Source: Protoeuglena noctilucae (Eukaryota). Taken from it: 64,000 bases of DNA. The DNA lies in assembly GCA_958009085.1 (NCBI GenBank), contig OY253676.1, positions 620,001 to 684,000 of the forward strand, given 5' to 3'. Under the pieces are notes generated by a model that did not search any database, was not told the DNA's origin, and was given only the letters and a program-made list of their open reading frames with translations. Of this stretch, positions 26,101 through 39,035 are shown piece after piece (within the stretch, counting starts at the first letter, position 1; the number at the start of each line of letters is the position of its first letter). The translations under genes were made by a program, and so were the position numbers.

Positions 26101-26490
26101 CAGGCCCGCGCGCTGGTGGGGCAGCAGCGCGACGTTCATGGCCCCCGTCGGCGGAGACAGGGACGCGCCGTCGGCCGTCGACTGCAGCGAGTCCATCACC
26201 GCGCGGAGGGCGCGCTGCGCCTGCAGCTCCGACGCGGCGGGGGACACGCGGGGCGCGGGGGCGCGGCCCGAGGCACGCGCCTCGGCTTGCGAGGCCGGTC
26301 GGGCAGAGTCCGCGATGTCCGGCCCCGGTTGCCCCGCCGTGCCCCAGCCGACCCCGTCGTTACCTTCCGCCGAGGTCGCCATCGACGGCGGGGTCGTCGC
26401 GACGCCTGGGACCGAGGTGCCTGGCCCGCTGCGTGCGGAGGCAGAGGGGCGACGTCGGCGAATCCGATACGATGGGCGGGCCGTGGGCAT
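23139..26490 (-). CDS. SNF2-family helicase with RING finger (RAD5/RAD16/ULS1-like), partial at the 3' end
   Basis: LLPHQRAGLAWM, GGILADDQGLGKTVT, TLVVCPTTVLQQW, RVILDEAQLIKN, RWCLSGTPIQN, RING CAVC..CAHVFCEQC..CPTC, KAIVFSQWTSMLDL and RRLDGSM. Confidence 0.93.
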
Positions 26491-27440
26491 GAGGAAACTG
26501 TAATTGAGGGTCAGAACTAGGACATGCGCATGCCAGATCAATGCTCGACGCACTTCGTGGCCGACGCGAGGGTGGGGCCAGCGCTGGCGGGCATCCTCGC
26601 GCCCTCTCCGCAGGTCTCGGGGATCCCGACGATGCCCGACGTGTGAATGACGAGTTAACCCATGTGGGCGCGCGCTGGCGTCCTGCGCACGGCGTAGAGC
26701 GGATAGAATGGCGCAATGAAGCGGGCCCCGGCACTGGGTTGGGCCGGGTGCGCGCCCGTGCGCGCGGGTGGCGGCCCTGGCCCTGGCGTCAGCATGCACT
26801 CGAAGGCTACGCGACCGGCGTTGGGGTCTCAGGCATCGGCCCGAAGCCAAGACGATCCTTTAGCCTCCCGCCCCGTGTATGCCAAGGGGAGGCGCCCGCG
26901 CGCATCTGCACGCCTAAAGCATGGAGCCCTCGCACAGCTATGGGGGCATCAACATCGGGGAGGAGGCGCGCGGCTGCCCATCGCCAGGGGCAGCGAGCGC
27001 GCGCCTGGTTGGGGCACTGTAAGCGATGCCTGGGATCCCGGCCGGTCAGAGGCGCGCACTGAAGCCAGTGGTCGCCCACAGACTCGGGTACGGCATCGAA
27101 GGCCCGCAGGAAATTACGGGGAGGCAGGTAAGGCACGCTGTTCGACGAGGACGATGGGCGAGGGTCGAAAGAACGCATCGGTGGATTGGACTTATGCAAA
27201 GCGTGAATGAAGAATGCTCACCTGCCACGCCCAGTCCCCCGACTCGCAGCTCCAAGCCAATTCGATCGGTCCAGTCGTGCCGGCGACAAGAATTATCGAT
27301 GCAGGCCAACAATGAAGCGCTTTGTGACCGCGGGACCGCACCCGCTCTCTTGATGCGGGAAAGTGTCAGTGAAACAGTCTGGCGCCAGATGGCGGAGACG
27401 ATGCAAGTCAGGATTGCCGACTGAAATGCATCACTGTGGT

Positions 27441-29103
27441 TCAATGAGGCGCGGGCTGCCCGAGCTGGACGGAGATATTGGCTCCTGGTCCTTCTGGGGC
27501 AGGACTGGAGGTCCGCACGAAGTGTGCGAGAAACTCCTTGTTCTTGCTCTTGTCCCCGAGGATGGGGGACTCGATGCACCCCCGGCACACGAACCCCTGG
27601 GCCTCGATGTCGCCCACGACGCGCTCGACCACGTCACGGTGCACCGCCGGGTCCCTGCGGGGGGGAGGAGCGACGCCGGCCTCTGGCGGGCGAGTGCCGC
27701 GGGCCGCGACCGAGCCTGCGCGGTCTTCGGAGCCCAGCGCACCTGACCACGCCGCCGGGCTCGACCCGGGCCTTCCCCGCCTCGAACTGCGGCTTGATCA
27801 AGACCACCAGCTGGCCCGACGGGCGCAGGAGGTCGCAGAGGGCGGGGACGACCTTGGCGACGGAGATGAACGACAGGTCCAGCGTGCATATGTCCAAATC
27901 CTCCCCGATGTCCTCCCGCGTCAGGAGCCTGCGGGGCGCAGCACCGGTAGATGCCCACTCCGAGGGGTGGCATGCCTCCAGGATGCAGCCGTGTGACCGT
28001 GAGCGTATTCACCTGACGTTGGTGCGCTCCATCACCACGACCCTCGGGTCTGTCCGGATCTTCTCCGCCACTTGCCCGTAGCCCACATCGACGCCGTACA
28101 CCTTCGCCGCCCCCCGCTGCAGCAGGCAGTCCGTGAAGCCACCCGTGCTGAGACCAGAGTCCAGCGCGACCAGGCCACCCACGTCCACCTGCAGGCGTAA
28201 GCGAGAAGCACCTGCCAGCCTCGCCCGCCCACCCGGCAAGAGTGACACCGACAGTGGAGGCCTTCCTACGGTCGCGCCTTGACAGCAGCGTCCCAAAGGC
28301 AGCAGCAATGGAAGGTCATCGTCGCATTCCAGTCCAGCTGTCCTTGCCTGGAAATGGTCCAGCGCCCTTTCCAACTTCAAGCCCCCGCGACACACATACT
28401 TGGGCTCCTCCGCCACCACCTCGATGCTCTGCGACGCTTTCACCTGCGCGCCTGCCTGCATGCCACATCATGGAGCGGAAATCGTCACACGTCATACGGT
28501 CCCTGGGCTGTAAACACCAAGAGCAGCAAAGGACAGACGAAGCTCGCAGCACTGGTGCATCCTTGGAAGGTGGTCAGGCCCGCATGCACCAACACGGCGT
28601 ACCTTTCGCTCCGCTCTACCGTCCACGAGGACCTTGCCCTGTATAATCCACGACTGGATGACCTGGATGGGCTGCGAGGGGTGCAACTCCAAGCATACCT
28701 CGTCCAGCCGCCTGCGCGCATATAAAGCCATGCGAGTTGCATGGATATGTTCCTTACAACTGCTACTATACGCACTGATGGTCGCTCGGTTCGCTCAAAG
28801 GCTTCGCGGCACGCCCTGGTCGCCCTACCTACGCTGCCGCTGCTTGGGGCCCCCGGCGCCGGCCGGCTGATCCCTGGAGGCGGACGCCGTGTCAGGTCGT
28901 GAGACCGCATGCCTTACAAACGAATGTGCGGTCCAGGGAGGAGTTCGGGTCAACACCTGCCGACCTTGCGGCAGTGACGGGCCGACCAGACTCGAGCTGC
29001 TACGAAACAGCCTGCCGCGCGGCATGCGCCAAAGCCGCAGGCGTTGGGGGAAGCCGTGACCCAGGCTCCTGGCAAGCGACACGAGGTGGGAGAAGGAGCT
29101 CAT
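27441..29103 (-). CDS. tlyA: TlyA/hemolysin A-type rRNA 2'-O-methyltransferase (S4 + FtsJ domains), organelle-targeted
   Basis: [86 protein letters not shown] and [16 protein letters not shown]. Ser/Arg-rich transit peptide from 29103. Confidence 0.92.
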
Positions 29104-29436
29104 GGAATGGTGCTCGCAAAGCTTGGTGTCGTGCGAGCTCCTGTTCAGAGCTCCTGCCGAGGCACGCGCGAGTATCACTACCGCGGTGGGGGCGGCGCAT
29201 GGATGTTTCATCCATTTATCTACCCGAGCCCAGGAGCAAGGCAGAAGCCATCAATCTGACGTAGGAATGCCACGGTCTCTTGCATCGTGCCGTGGAATCC
29301 TCCTGCGCTGGATGCTCCTCGCATGTCACACAACAAACTCTCCATGTCTGAGTCGCCATCCCTTTCTCTCATCGCTCCTGTAGAGACGCCGGCTTGGTAA
29401 TTGCCTCACGTGCGCTCTGAGGGCTGAGTTGTTGGC

Positions 29437-30869
29437 ATGGTGGCAGCCGCGAGGCGGCTCGGGGCGTGGCTAGGCACATGGGCAGGGAGGGCTTCGCAGG
29501 TGATGGGCGCTGCGTCAAGAGGCAGGACCTGGGAACGGCCGGAGCGTGTGCGCTGATTGCACGCGGCCTGAAAGTCCTTTTCCTTTCCCATGAACGCGTG
29601 TTGTTCTCGTAACGAGCCCATCGCAGGGACGCGGGGGGGAAGATCGTGCCACCCCGCTCCGCTCGCAGACTCTGGCCGCGGATGAGCGAATTCTCTCCAG
29701 CTACGCCGCGAGCACCCCCGGGATGCCGCAGTGGGCATCCTCAGCAGTGACATATTCGATCGTACGTCACAAAACTGGCTCCCGGGACCCTGGGGGCTCG
29801 GGGCCGGGGCAGGGCGGTGGCGCTGCGTCCCCGCCGGCGGAGGCGTCGAACGCGCCGCCTCCGGATCTCAAGCTCCCGTCAGGCCCCTCGTACCCTTTTC
29901 CGGAAGAGATTTTGGAGCTTGCGAAGAGGCGCGTACTCCTGAGCGCCTCCAAGCGGCCCGTTTTCACGCACAACCTGGCAGCTGGGGCGGAAGGCACTGC
30001 TGATGCGTCCGACCTGGGCCTCCACACGGCCGATGGCATTCGGGCGTTCCTGCGCGACATGGCGGTGAACGGCGCGCCCGTGGGTCCCTGGGTCGAGCAC
30101 GTCATTGCCGCGGAGACGACCCTTCCCTGGTCGTACGAAGTTGGGATTCGAATCTCAGGTAGGGGCTCTGCCCTGCAAGGCTCGCCCTCGCGAGCGACGT
30201 CGCGTTTGACCCGACGCCGACGTAGCCATCGCTCCATGCCCTTCGTCGCCCGCAGCGTTCGACCTCCCGACGGCCAACCAGGCCGTGGCTCTCGTGCAGC
30301 GCGTCTGCCAGCTGTGCGACGTGCCCGTGCGCGGTCCGGGGTTCCCGCGCGCCCACAGGACTCTGATCTCCGTGCCGAAGTCGCCCTTCAAGTACAAGAA
30401 ACGGTCCATGACGCAGCTGTGGTGGGGCTACCACGAGGCGAGTCCTCAGCCACACTCACACTCCCAGGCGCTCCTTGTCTGTTGCTCTTTTGGCACTGTA
30501 CCACTATGGCATTTTCCTGCCCCGTCGGGACCCCAGCAGACCCGGTTAGGGTCAAGTGCAACAGTGCCGCAGCACCCGACCTGCTGTGCAAGATGGCGTG
30601 TGCTGCCTTCTCCGCAGCGCACCTTCGCCTTCCCCGTGCGCACCCAGCGCCGCCTGCTGTTCCTTCTCCACTGCCTGCGACAGGCGCGGTTCCCACTGGC
30701 GGAGGTCAAGGTTTCGATCAAGCATCGCACGGCCGTGTACGCAAGTCACCAGGAAGGGCCCTTTGGGAACGCCAAGGTCAAGCGTGTGGAGGGGAAGGCG
30801 TCGCTGGGGCAGGAACCGCCCGTGGCGGAAAAAGAGGTGGTGGAGCGAGAGGCAGCGACTGCGATGTGA
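29437..30869 (+). CDS. RPS10: Mitochondrial ribosomal protein uS10m, nucleus-encoded, with N- and C-terminal extensions
   Basis: Spliced IRISAFDLPTANQAVALVQRVCQLCDVPVRGPGFPRAHRTLISVPKSPFKYKKRSMTQLWWGYHERTF resembles the S10 core (IRIRLKAYD...VSGPIPLPT...SPH..K.SREQFE...HKR). Presequence-like MVAAARRLGAWL. Confidence 0.65.
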
Positions 30870-30924
30870 GGGGGGCGAAACGTCCCTGACCTCGGACACC
30901 CATGGCTGAGTCTCCCATGCACCT

Positions 30925-30929
30925 GTAAA
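30925..30929 (+). terminator. UGUAA-type polyadenylation signal candidate
   Basis: TGTAA ~55 nt after the RPS10 stop; UGUAA is the established chlorophyte poly(A) signal. Confidence 0.4.
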
Positions 30930-31117
30930 TCGCTTATGCTGTCGCTGGTCTTTTAAAGGCTGCAGGGCGCCGTGCATGGCGTTCTTGGTTTAAACGAACG
31001 GGTGGAAGGTTGCAGCTGCTATGGCGAATATGTAAGGGTAAAGCTAAACCTAGAATCTGCAAATGGACTCCTGAAATGACGGCGCGCCACGCCGGATCTG
31101 ATGCACGACTCCTGGCT

Positions 31118-33457
31118 TCATGACTGTTCAGTGGGTGCGGGTGCGACCAGTGAGTTGTAGTGAACCTCTGCCCAGAAGCTCAGCCAGATAGCATGGCTGA
31201 ACCGACGATCCTCACGCTCCGGCTGCACCTCCACGCTGCGGGATCAGAGGCAGCGCGGGGCTGGGTCGTGAGTGTGCAACGCCGCGAGAGCGAGGCGTCT
31301 ACGGTGCGACATGAGCCAAGCATAATGTCGCCAGATGGCGGCCCCACCGTGGTGCCAGGCACCACACACGCAAGGTGCTCACCAGAGGCCAGTCGGGAAC
31401 GACGTCACCAAGTAGACAGGCACCCCAAAGGCGTCCGCCGCCGCTTGCAGCGTGACGTTGTCGCCCCACGTGCCGTCGCGTGCCATCCGGTCCACGTAGG
31501 CGTCGAAAGTCTCGCCCTCCGTGTATCCCTCGTACCTGCGCCACAGAAGCTTTCGCCTTTGCCGGTCCACGATCACATTGCCCCTTTGCGAGCCTCGTGC
31601 GAGATACTTGCAAGCGTGAGCGCTGCCCTGTGACCAGTCTCCTTCACCAACACTGCGACACTCACTTGGATCGGTGCGTTTGGAGTTGACGGACGACGAC
31701 TCGGCGCACGTACCGATGCAGCTCTTCGTCGGAGAAGAGCTGGTCAGCAATTGCTCGGAACTGGCACGCCCCGTCACCCCTCACCTGCGCCACAGAGCGA
31801 GACGGGGTCAGTCACGTTGCTGTGCGATGTGCTGCAGCTGTGCATGATGATGACAGCAGGGCGGTGAGCAGCCTCGTGAGAGCCATGACAAGCAGGCCGG
31901 TCCCGCGCCCTCACCTCCCGCTCTCGAAGTGCAAACTCGTCGATGCGCAGCAGCAGCCGTCTCCTGTCCTGGGACACCTCCTGGGGCCCCGGGAGAGCGG
32001 CCTTGACGGGCTGCATCGGCCCAAAGGTCTCGTTGGCGAAGCGGGCCATCATTTGCTGGAAGGCATGCAGATCGCGGAACGCGGCGGCCTGCTGGGGAAT
32101 CTCGCCCATGTCCTCGAGACCCTCAACGTAGATGCGATCCACGACGGCCTGGTCAGCAGGACTGCGGCGGGAAGGGCCAATACAAAGGCGTGTGGGATGC
32201 ACCAATGTCGCTCGTGGCTTGGCAGCACACCCATCACATCGCGCAACCGCACCTCAGCCGCACACGCTGTTTGCTGAATTGCTCCGTCGCCTCGACCTGC
32301 ACGGCAGCCCTGGCGCTCTCCTCCTCCTCATGCCTCTGCGTGGCAACACCACGCCTATCGTGTTTGTCACACCTAGACCCACGAATCCCGCATCTCGCAT
32401 CTGCCTCATGTTCCAGCAGCTCTCCGGCACGCTCACCAACGCCAATGCAATCTCTTCATCCTGCTCCTCGCCCCGCATCTCCTCCTGCCCTTGGACAATC
32501 TCACTGGCGCTGTGGAACCGAACCTCCCTGGAGTGGCTGCGAGGCACGGCACGACGTCATCCAACGAGGGCCTTGTTACTGAGCTAGTAGTATCTGCAAT
32601 CAAGCACAAAGGCGAGATAAGCTCAGGCTGCGTCGACGCACACCGCACCTGCTGCCCTCGTGGGACGAGGCCTGGGGCGTCGATCGCTGTAACGGCGACG
32701 TGGACCTTCCACCTTCCGCTGCGTCGGCCCCTGCCTTGCGCCACAGTGCGGGCAGCCACGTCCTGGGGGTGCCTGCGCCGCTGATAGGTGCCCCAGCCTC
32801 TCCGGGCCGCCCCGTGCTCCTGCCGAGCGAATCAATGGAGCGGGGAGAGTCCTTGTACGTGCTGTGTCGAGACGGCCAGCGGTGGACGGAGGACTGCGGG
32901 GGAAGATATGAGCACCATGGTCGCTGGTTACGGCACGACGGCGCGAGCTGTGACATCCATCCTGTGGGGGCCAGGGCAGGCCCCGGGGGGCGCGGCACGC
33001 ACCTGGATCGCTAGTCGGTGGCGCTTGGATCGTGTCTTTTCGAGCAGGGTCCGGGGCCCGGCGATGAGGCGGCGCACAATGCTGCCGCGGCTTTCCAAAG
33101 GGCTTCCTTGGTCTCCCAAACCCTCCTCCTGGGGCGGGTGCGACCCGGATGGCTCAACGACTTTCTCTGTATCGGGCTCGGCCTCTTGTTGCAACCGGTA
33201 GGGGTCCTGGAGCACAGGGGACGCCATGCTTTGTGTTGGAGACGGACGCGGGGGCACCACTTCGCGTCGCGTGGTCTAGACAACGCATTTGCAAGGGCTG
33301 CAGCTCTTATCGCACACGCGCGTAGTATTGGCTGCATCTCAATGCGTAGCCGGGCGCGGGAGGGACGCACCGCAGGGATTGGCCCCGCACTCCCAGCGCT
33401 CCGTCCCTGGTCCTCCTCCGAGCCCCCTAGCCCTCTCCGCAAGCACAGGCAACCCAT
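31118..33457 (-). CDS. OTU-domain cysteine protease (deubiquitinase), multi-exon; start at 33227 or 33457
   Basis: VRGDGACQFRAIADQLF (catalytic D/C), YVDRMARDGTWGDNVTLQAAADAFG and IWLSFWAEVHYNSL (catalytic H/N). Confidence 0.9.
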
Positions 33458-33847
33458 TCAGCGCTGGACATGTGACGAAGGATGGGCGCGGCTGGGTCCA
33501 GGGTCAAAGCTGTGCTCGAGTAATCAGTCAGGGATAAACATGACGCGACTATCTGCACAGCAACACGTCTACCTTGATGCGATGTTGCGCGTCGTGACGC
33601 CTTTGGACGCATTTCGGGCGAACCTGCAGTTCGCTGGCAGCGCGCATGACACGGTTCATCTACGGGGCCCTGAAGCGTCTGAGCCTGGCCAGTGTTGCTA
33701 CGTAGTGGGCCTTAGCTCAGTCGGAACGAACGCAATTGGGAGGGACGCCGCAGCAACTCGGCATTAGCCTCAGCAGGTCTCATTTGGAGTCTTTGTGGCT
33801 TGCGACTTCGACTTCGACTGTCCCGAGAGTGGAGGGGTTGGAAAGGA

Positions 33848-36800
33848 ATGCACCCGTCGCAGGGTCCCCGGCGGGGCAGCTTCCGCATCGAGCCCTTCAA
33901 GCTGAGCCCGCTCCGCTCCACTGCTGGTCGTCTCGCACATGCCGCCCGGCGCGACTGCCATGGGTGCGAGTGAAACGACGTGTGCTTGGCCCTCGTGGTC
34001 CCCCCCAGGCTCAAGGCGGCGGTGGACCCCGGCTTCGCCGAGCGCACGTGGCGGGTGCTGGATGTCGCCATTGACGAGATATACGCCCAGAACAGCAGCC
34101 GCCTGTCGTTCGAAGAGCTGTATCGAGCAGCGTACAACATGGTCCTGCAGAAGTTCGGACCGGAGCTGTACAGCGGCGTGGAGCGGAAGATCCGGGAGCG
34201 CCTCGAGACCGTCGCGCGACTCGCCGCGGACAAGGTGCGAAGCGCGACGCATTTCCTGCCATATTTGCATTCCTAGGCGAGACGGGCCACGCGAACACGG
34301 CAGTTTGGGATCCAGGGCCGCCGGGAGTTGATCCCAGTGTCAGGGTCACTTCCCTGTTGCGCGGCCAAGCGTGTTCGCACGGCAACCGACCGACCGCGCA
34401 GCTCGCCCACGTGTCGGTCTGCATATGTCTGTGGTGTATCTCGCTTGCGCTCGGCGCAAGCAGCGGTGGGGACCCACAGTCGCTGGGTGGAGTGGCGCCG
34501 ACGGAAACAGCGACCTGCCGCGCGCGCTCATCGCCGACCGCCCGCATCCGCCCCGCTCTCGCTTACAGGATGGATCTGGCTTTCTGGCGGAGCTCGTCCG
34601 GCAATGGGGCGACCACACCAAGTCGACTGCGGTGCTGCGAGACATCCTCATGTACATGGACCGCACGTTCGTGGCGCAGCACAACAAGTGGCCGGTGCAC
34701 GACTTGGGCATGCAGCAGTGGCGGGACGTGGTGGCCCGGGGCCCTCTCATCCGATCCCGTTTGGTGACCAGGGAGCCGTGCGGGCGCGCTTGGTGCGGGG
34801 CAGCCCCAGCAGGCTCTGACCCGCTCCCTTAACCCCCCGAGTCTCCCCGCAGATCTCTGAGGTTCTGGCGGACATCGAGCGGGAGCGCAGGGGCGGGCAG
34901 GTGGACCGCGGGATGCTGCGGCAGGTCACGCGAATGTGGGCCACCCTGGGACCGGAGGTGCGGTGGGCAGACGAGCTGGGTGCTACGGGCCGTGCATGGC
35001 CCAGTGAAGTGGTTGGCTACGTCCGCCACGTCCGCTGCAGACGCGGCATGCGGCGGCATGCAGCTTGTCTGATCGTTGCCCAAGGTCTCTGTGCTATGAC
35101 GCCTGGCCTCAAATGCGTCGTCGTTGCTGTGGTGTGACCCAGGGAGCCCGCGACCGTTTCTGCGCAGGTGTACGCGGAGGACTTCGAGGCTCCGATGCTG
35201 GAGGCCAGCCGGGACTTTTTCGCGAGAGAGGGACAGGACCTGCTGTCACGTATGTCGTGCCCCGAGTACCTGAGCCAGGCGGCCGCGCGCCTGACGCAGG
35301 AGCAGGAGCGGTGCGCGGCGTACATGGAGCCGGGGACGGAGGACAAGCTGCTGCTGGTGAGCCGCTCGCCGGCATAGGCGGCCGACGGCGGTGGCCGCAG
35401 CTGGCATCGGCGCTGGGCTGGTGTCACCTGGCGACAGCTCAGTCGGCTGTAGCCCCAGGTCTGTGCCCCGCGACGGTTTCCGGCTGCCTGACCGCAGGTG
35501 GTGCGCCGGGAGATGCTTCAGTCGCGTGTGGCCGAGCTGGTGGGCATGGAGGGCAGCGGCATGGTCAGCATGCTGGAGGCGAATGGCGTGCAGGGCCTGG
35601 CGTCGATGTTCACCCTCCTGAGTCAAGTGCCTGACGGCCTGCGGGCGATGCGGGAGGCCCTGCAGAAGCACCTGGTGCAGGCGAGGGCGGGAGGGGTCTC
35701 GAGCGTGTGCTATGTGACGTGGCGGCACGGGATGGGAGCTGGGATGGCTTTTAGCACGCGCTTGCATAGCTGCATGTATCCGCAGGCTTCGACATGGCCA
35801 GATAGGATCGCTCAGTGCAGACGCTGCCCGTGCCTCGCAGGTCGGGGAGGGCATTTTGAGCAACGCGGACCTGGAAAAAGATTCCGTGGAGCTCGTGTCG
35901 CAGCTCCTGGCGCAACGAGACAAGCATCTCTCCATCGTGGCATCGGCCTTCCACAACGACCGGCAGTTCGCCGCTTGCGTGGGGCAGGTGAGGAGCGGTT
36001 GCCGTTTGGGCAGAACAGGTGCGGATGGACTGCCGCCTGCATGAGACAGTGCGGAACAGCACAGCCCAGGCCCCTGCCCGCAGCTGCACGTGGCCTAGAC
36101 ACCATGTCTAGCCAGTGGCAGCGCATACTTCCCGCACCATGCTTGTTCCCATTCATACCCCTCTCCTCCCCTCGCCTCTGTCCCCAGGCATTCGAGCAGA
36201 TCCTCAACCGCGGCGGTCGCTGCTCCCGCTCCGCCGCCCACCTCAGCGCCTTCGTGGACGCATCGCTGGGCGGCCGCTCCTCCACGCACGCGCTGTCTGA
36301 CCGGGACCTGGATGCCGCGCTGGAGTCGGCCGTGGCTCTGTTCCGGTGCCTGGAGGACAAGGACGTGTTCGAGGCCTTCTACAGGGACCACTTCGCCAAG
36401 CGGCTGCTGGCGGGGAGGGTCGAGGAGGATGCGGAGTACGCCATGCTGGGGAGGCTGAAGGTGAGGAGATGGGGTGGGGTGAGTAGCATGCCGTGCTGGG
36501 GAGGCTGAAAGTGAGGAGATGGGTCGGGGTGGAGAAAGGGCGGGGTGGGGTAAGGGTTTGCTAACCACGCCATGCAGGGATGCAGGAGCAATCTTGGCTA
36601 AAAACTGCGTCGCTCTGCTGCCTTTGCGCAGACGGAGTGCGGGAACGGGTACACGAGCAAGCTGGAGAGCATGCTGAAGGACATGCGGACGAGCGCGGAG
36701 ACCATGGCGGCCTTCCAGGCCCACCAGCGGTCGGCGGCCGTGGCGGGGACCAGTGACGCGGTGCCGGTGGTGACGGTGCAAGTGCTGACACAGGGGGCGT

Positions 36801-38342
36801 GGCCCAGGTGAAGCGGTGGTGACGGTGCAAGGGGGGGTGTGATTGCAGTCAAGTCTGCACGTGGAAGAACTGTGAATTCTTCAGCACTCATCGTCATCTT
36901 CACATCCATGTGCCTGCCCTCACCCATATCCCACGTCATGCATCTCACTCCGCGACCCTGCCGCCCCTCTCCTCGCAGCAAGTCGCCGTCCCCATGCACG
37001 CTCCCGAGAGAGGTGCAGCCAGGCATGGCGGCCTTCTCCGACTTCTACCATGCCCAGTACGGGGGCCGGCACCTGGCGTGGCAGACAGCCATGGGCACGG
37101 CCGAAGTGCGGTTCGAATGCGGGGACAAGGTGAGACTGGTTAGATGCAATGGTGGGTGTGCATGGTAGTGAGCGTGGCAGGGCAGGTGCGGTTCGGATGC
37201 GGGGACAAGGTGAGCCTCGTTAGATGCAATGGTGGGTGCGCATGAAAGTGAGCGTGGCAGGGTGCAGTGGGTGGGTGTGCATGCGAGTGAGCGTGTCGGC
37301 CCTGCTGTGGAAGCAGTTCCGCTGGCCGTTCGTGCGATGCAACGTGCCTCGTGGCTGTTCCCTTGCAGGTCTTTGACCTGGTGGTGTCGACGCACCAGAT
37401 GTGCATATTGGCTCTCTTCAACGACCGAGACCGGCTGACGGCGGCGGAGATTCAAGAAGCCACGGGAATGGATCCCGGTGAGGGGCGGTTGGGAGTGGGT
37501 TGCGACGATGAGACACAGGCATGGTGCACCCGACCCACTCGACCTTGCTTGTATTGCGCTCCACAGTGGAGATGGGGCGTGCGTTGCTGTCGCTGGCGTG
37601 CGTCAAGGGCCGCAACGTGCTGCGGAAGGAGCCCATGTCCGCGACGGTGGAGCAGACGGACGCTTTCACGGTCAACGATCGCTTCGACAGCAAGTCCAAG
37701 CGCATCCGCATCGGGACCGTCGCCGCGCAGAAGTGAGGCTTGGCGCGATGCGAGGGGCCGGCGACGGACGGGTTGCGAAACGCAGGGCACGCAGCATGCA
37801 TGCAGGCCCTGTGGGTTGGGAGCGATGCTGTGTGTTGGGAGCGGACAGGGTGGCATTGCGTGTTGGGAGTGCGTTTTGGAATCGCCAGTACGTGTTCGCC
37901 TCGCAGGGAGGTGGAGCGGGACCGTGGCGAGACGATGGCTCAGCTGGAGGCGCACCGCAAGCCGCTGGTGGAGGCGGCGGTGATGCGCGTGATGAAGTCC
38001 CGCCGGCGCATGGACCACAACGCATTGGTGGCCGACGTCACGCAGCAGCTGGCGCCGCACTTCCAGGTCCAGCCGGCGCGCATCAAGCAGTGCCTCGAGT
38101 CGCTCATCGAGGTGAGGGCATGGGGAGGTGGCCAGGAGGACGACACAATTGTCGATAACAAGCGTGTCTGCTCTTTATGCAAGGAGCTGTGGCTGTTCGG
38201 GACAGAAGAGAGCAGAGGTGGTGGTGGGGAGAGGGTTGAGGGTCGACCTTTTGTCAACCCCTGGTTGTTGCGTTTGGGCCTGCAGAGGGAATACCTGGAG
38301 AGGGACAAGGACGACCGGAGGATGTACATGTACATCAGCTGA
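33848..38342 (+). CDS. CUL3: Cullin-3, many exons
   Basis: FRIEPFK..VDPGFAERTW, LSFEELYRAAYNMVLQKFG, LRDILMYMDRTFV, EDKDVFEAFYRDHFAKRLL, TECGNGYTSKLESMLKDM, LSLACVKGRNVLRKEPMS, EAAVMRVMKSRR and IKQCLESLIEREYLERD. Confidence 0.96.
36440..36530. repeat. 50-bp-period duplication of a CUL3 exon end plus 5' splice site
   Basis: gccatgctggggaggctgaag|gtgaggagatgggg vs gccgtgctggggaggctgaaa|gtgaggagatgggt. Confidence 0.9.
37106..37262. repeat. 80-bp-period duplication of a CUL3 exon end plus 5' splice site
   Basis: gtgcggttcg[a/g]atgcggggacaag|gtgag...ttagatgcaatggtgggtg...agtgagcgtggcaggg occurs twice, with a partial third copy. Confidence 0.92.
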
Positions 38343-39035
38343 GACTACCAAGACTACTCTACGGCATGTGTTGTGTTGTGAGAGACCCACGGCACGCTTT
38401 GTTATGTGCTTAGCCAGGGGGCCTTGCCGCTACGCTGTGCGTGCCTCACCCGCGCTCGTTGATCGGGGCAGGAGCGCGAGGTTGGGCGAGTCCAGTCGTC
38501 TTTGTTTTGAAAGGATGCAGCCCCGGGCCTCGCTGGGCCAGACTAGCCCGGAAATGGACACTACGACGACGGGTGAGGCGCATGCCCAGCCTAGGCCACC
38601 GGCCCCAAGCCCCGCGTCGGCCCGCCGGCGCCGTGCGCGGCATGGGGTGCAGCTCAGTCACCCTGAAACACACCGTGAAATTCCCAGGGCCCCGGGCCTA
38701 GAACCCAAGGGCCCGACCACCCGCCGCGCGTCGCGCGCGGGGTGCCCTCCCGAGGCTCCGCGGCGGTCGCAGCCGCCGACCGTCTCTAGCTGCGACGCGT
38801 CCGCCTCGCCCCGGGCGCACCGCCGCGCGCGGCGCGGCCCCGGACCCCCCTCCCTCCCAAACGCTTTGCGGCGACGAGCGCCCTCCGCGAGGCACCCCCG
38901 CCCGCCTCGCCCGCCTGGTCGCCGCGGGAACCCAGCCGTGAAGGAACCCGGCGCTGCGCACGCCTCGCGCCGCCGCTCTCTGCGGCCGCGCGCGGGTGCC
39001 GAGCCGGGGCGGGGGGTCCCCGACCCCCTAACGCC

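Noticed and set aside
27441..29103. TlyA 'hemolysin' as a horizontally acquired toxin
   Set aside because: TlyA-type rRNA methyltransferases are known organelle-targeted plant/algal genes; this one has introns and a transit peptide.
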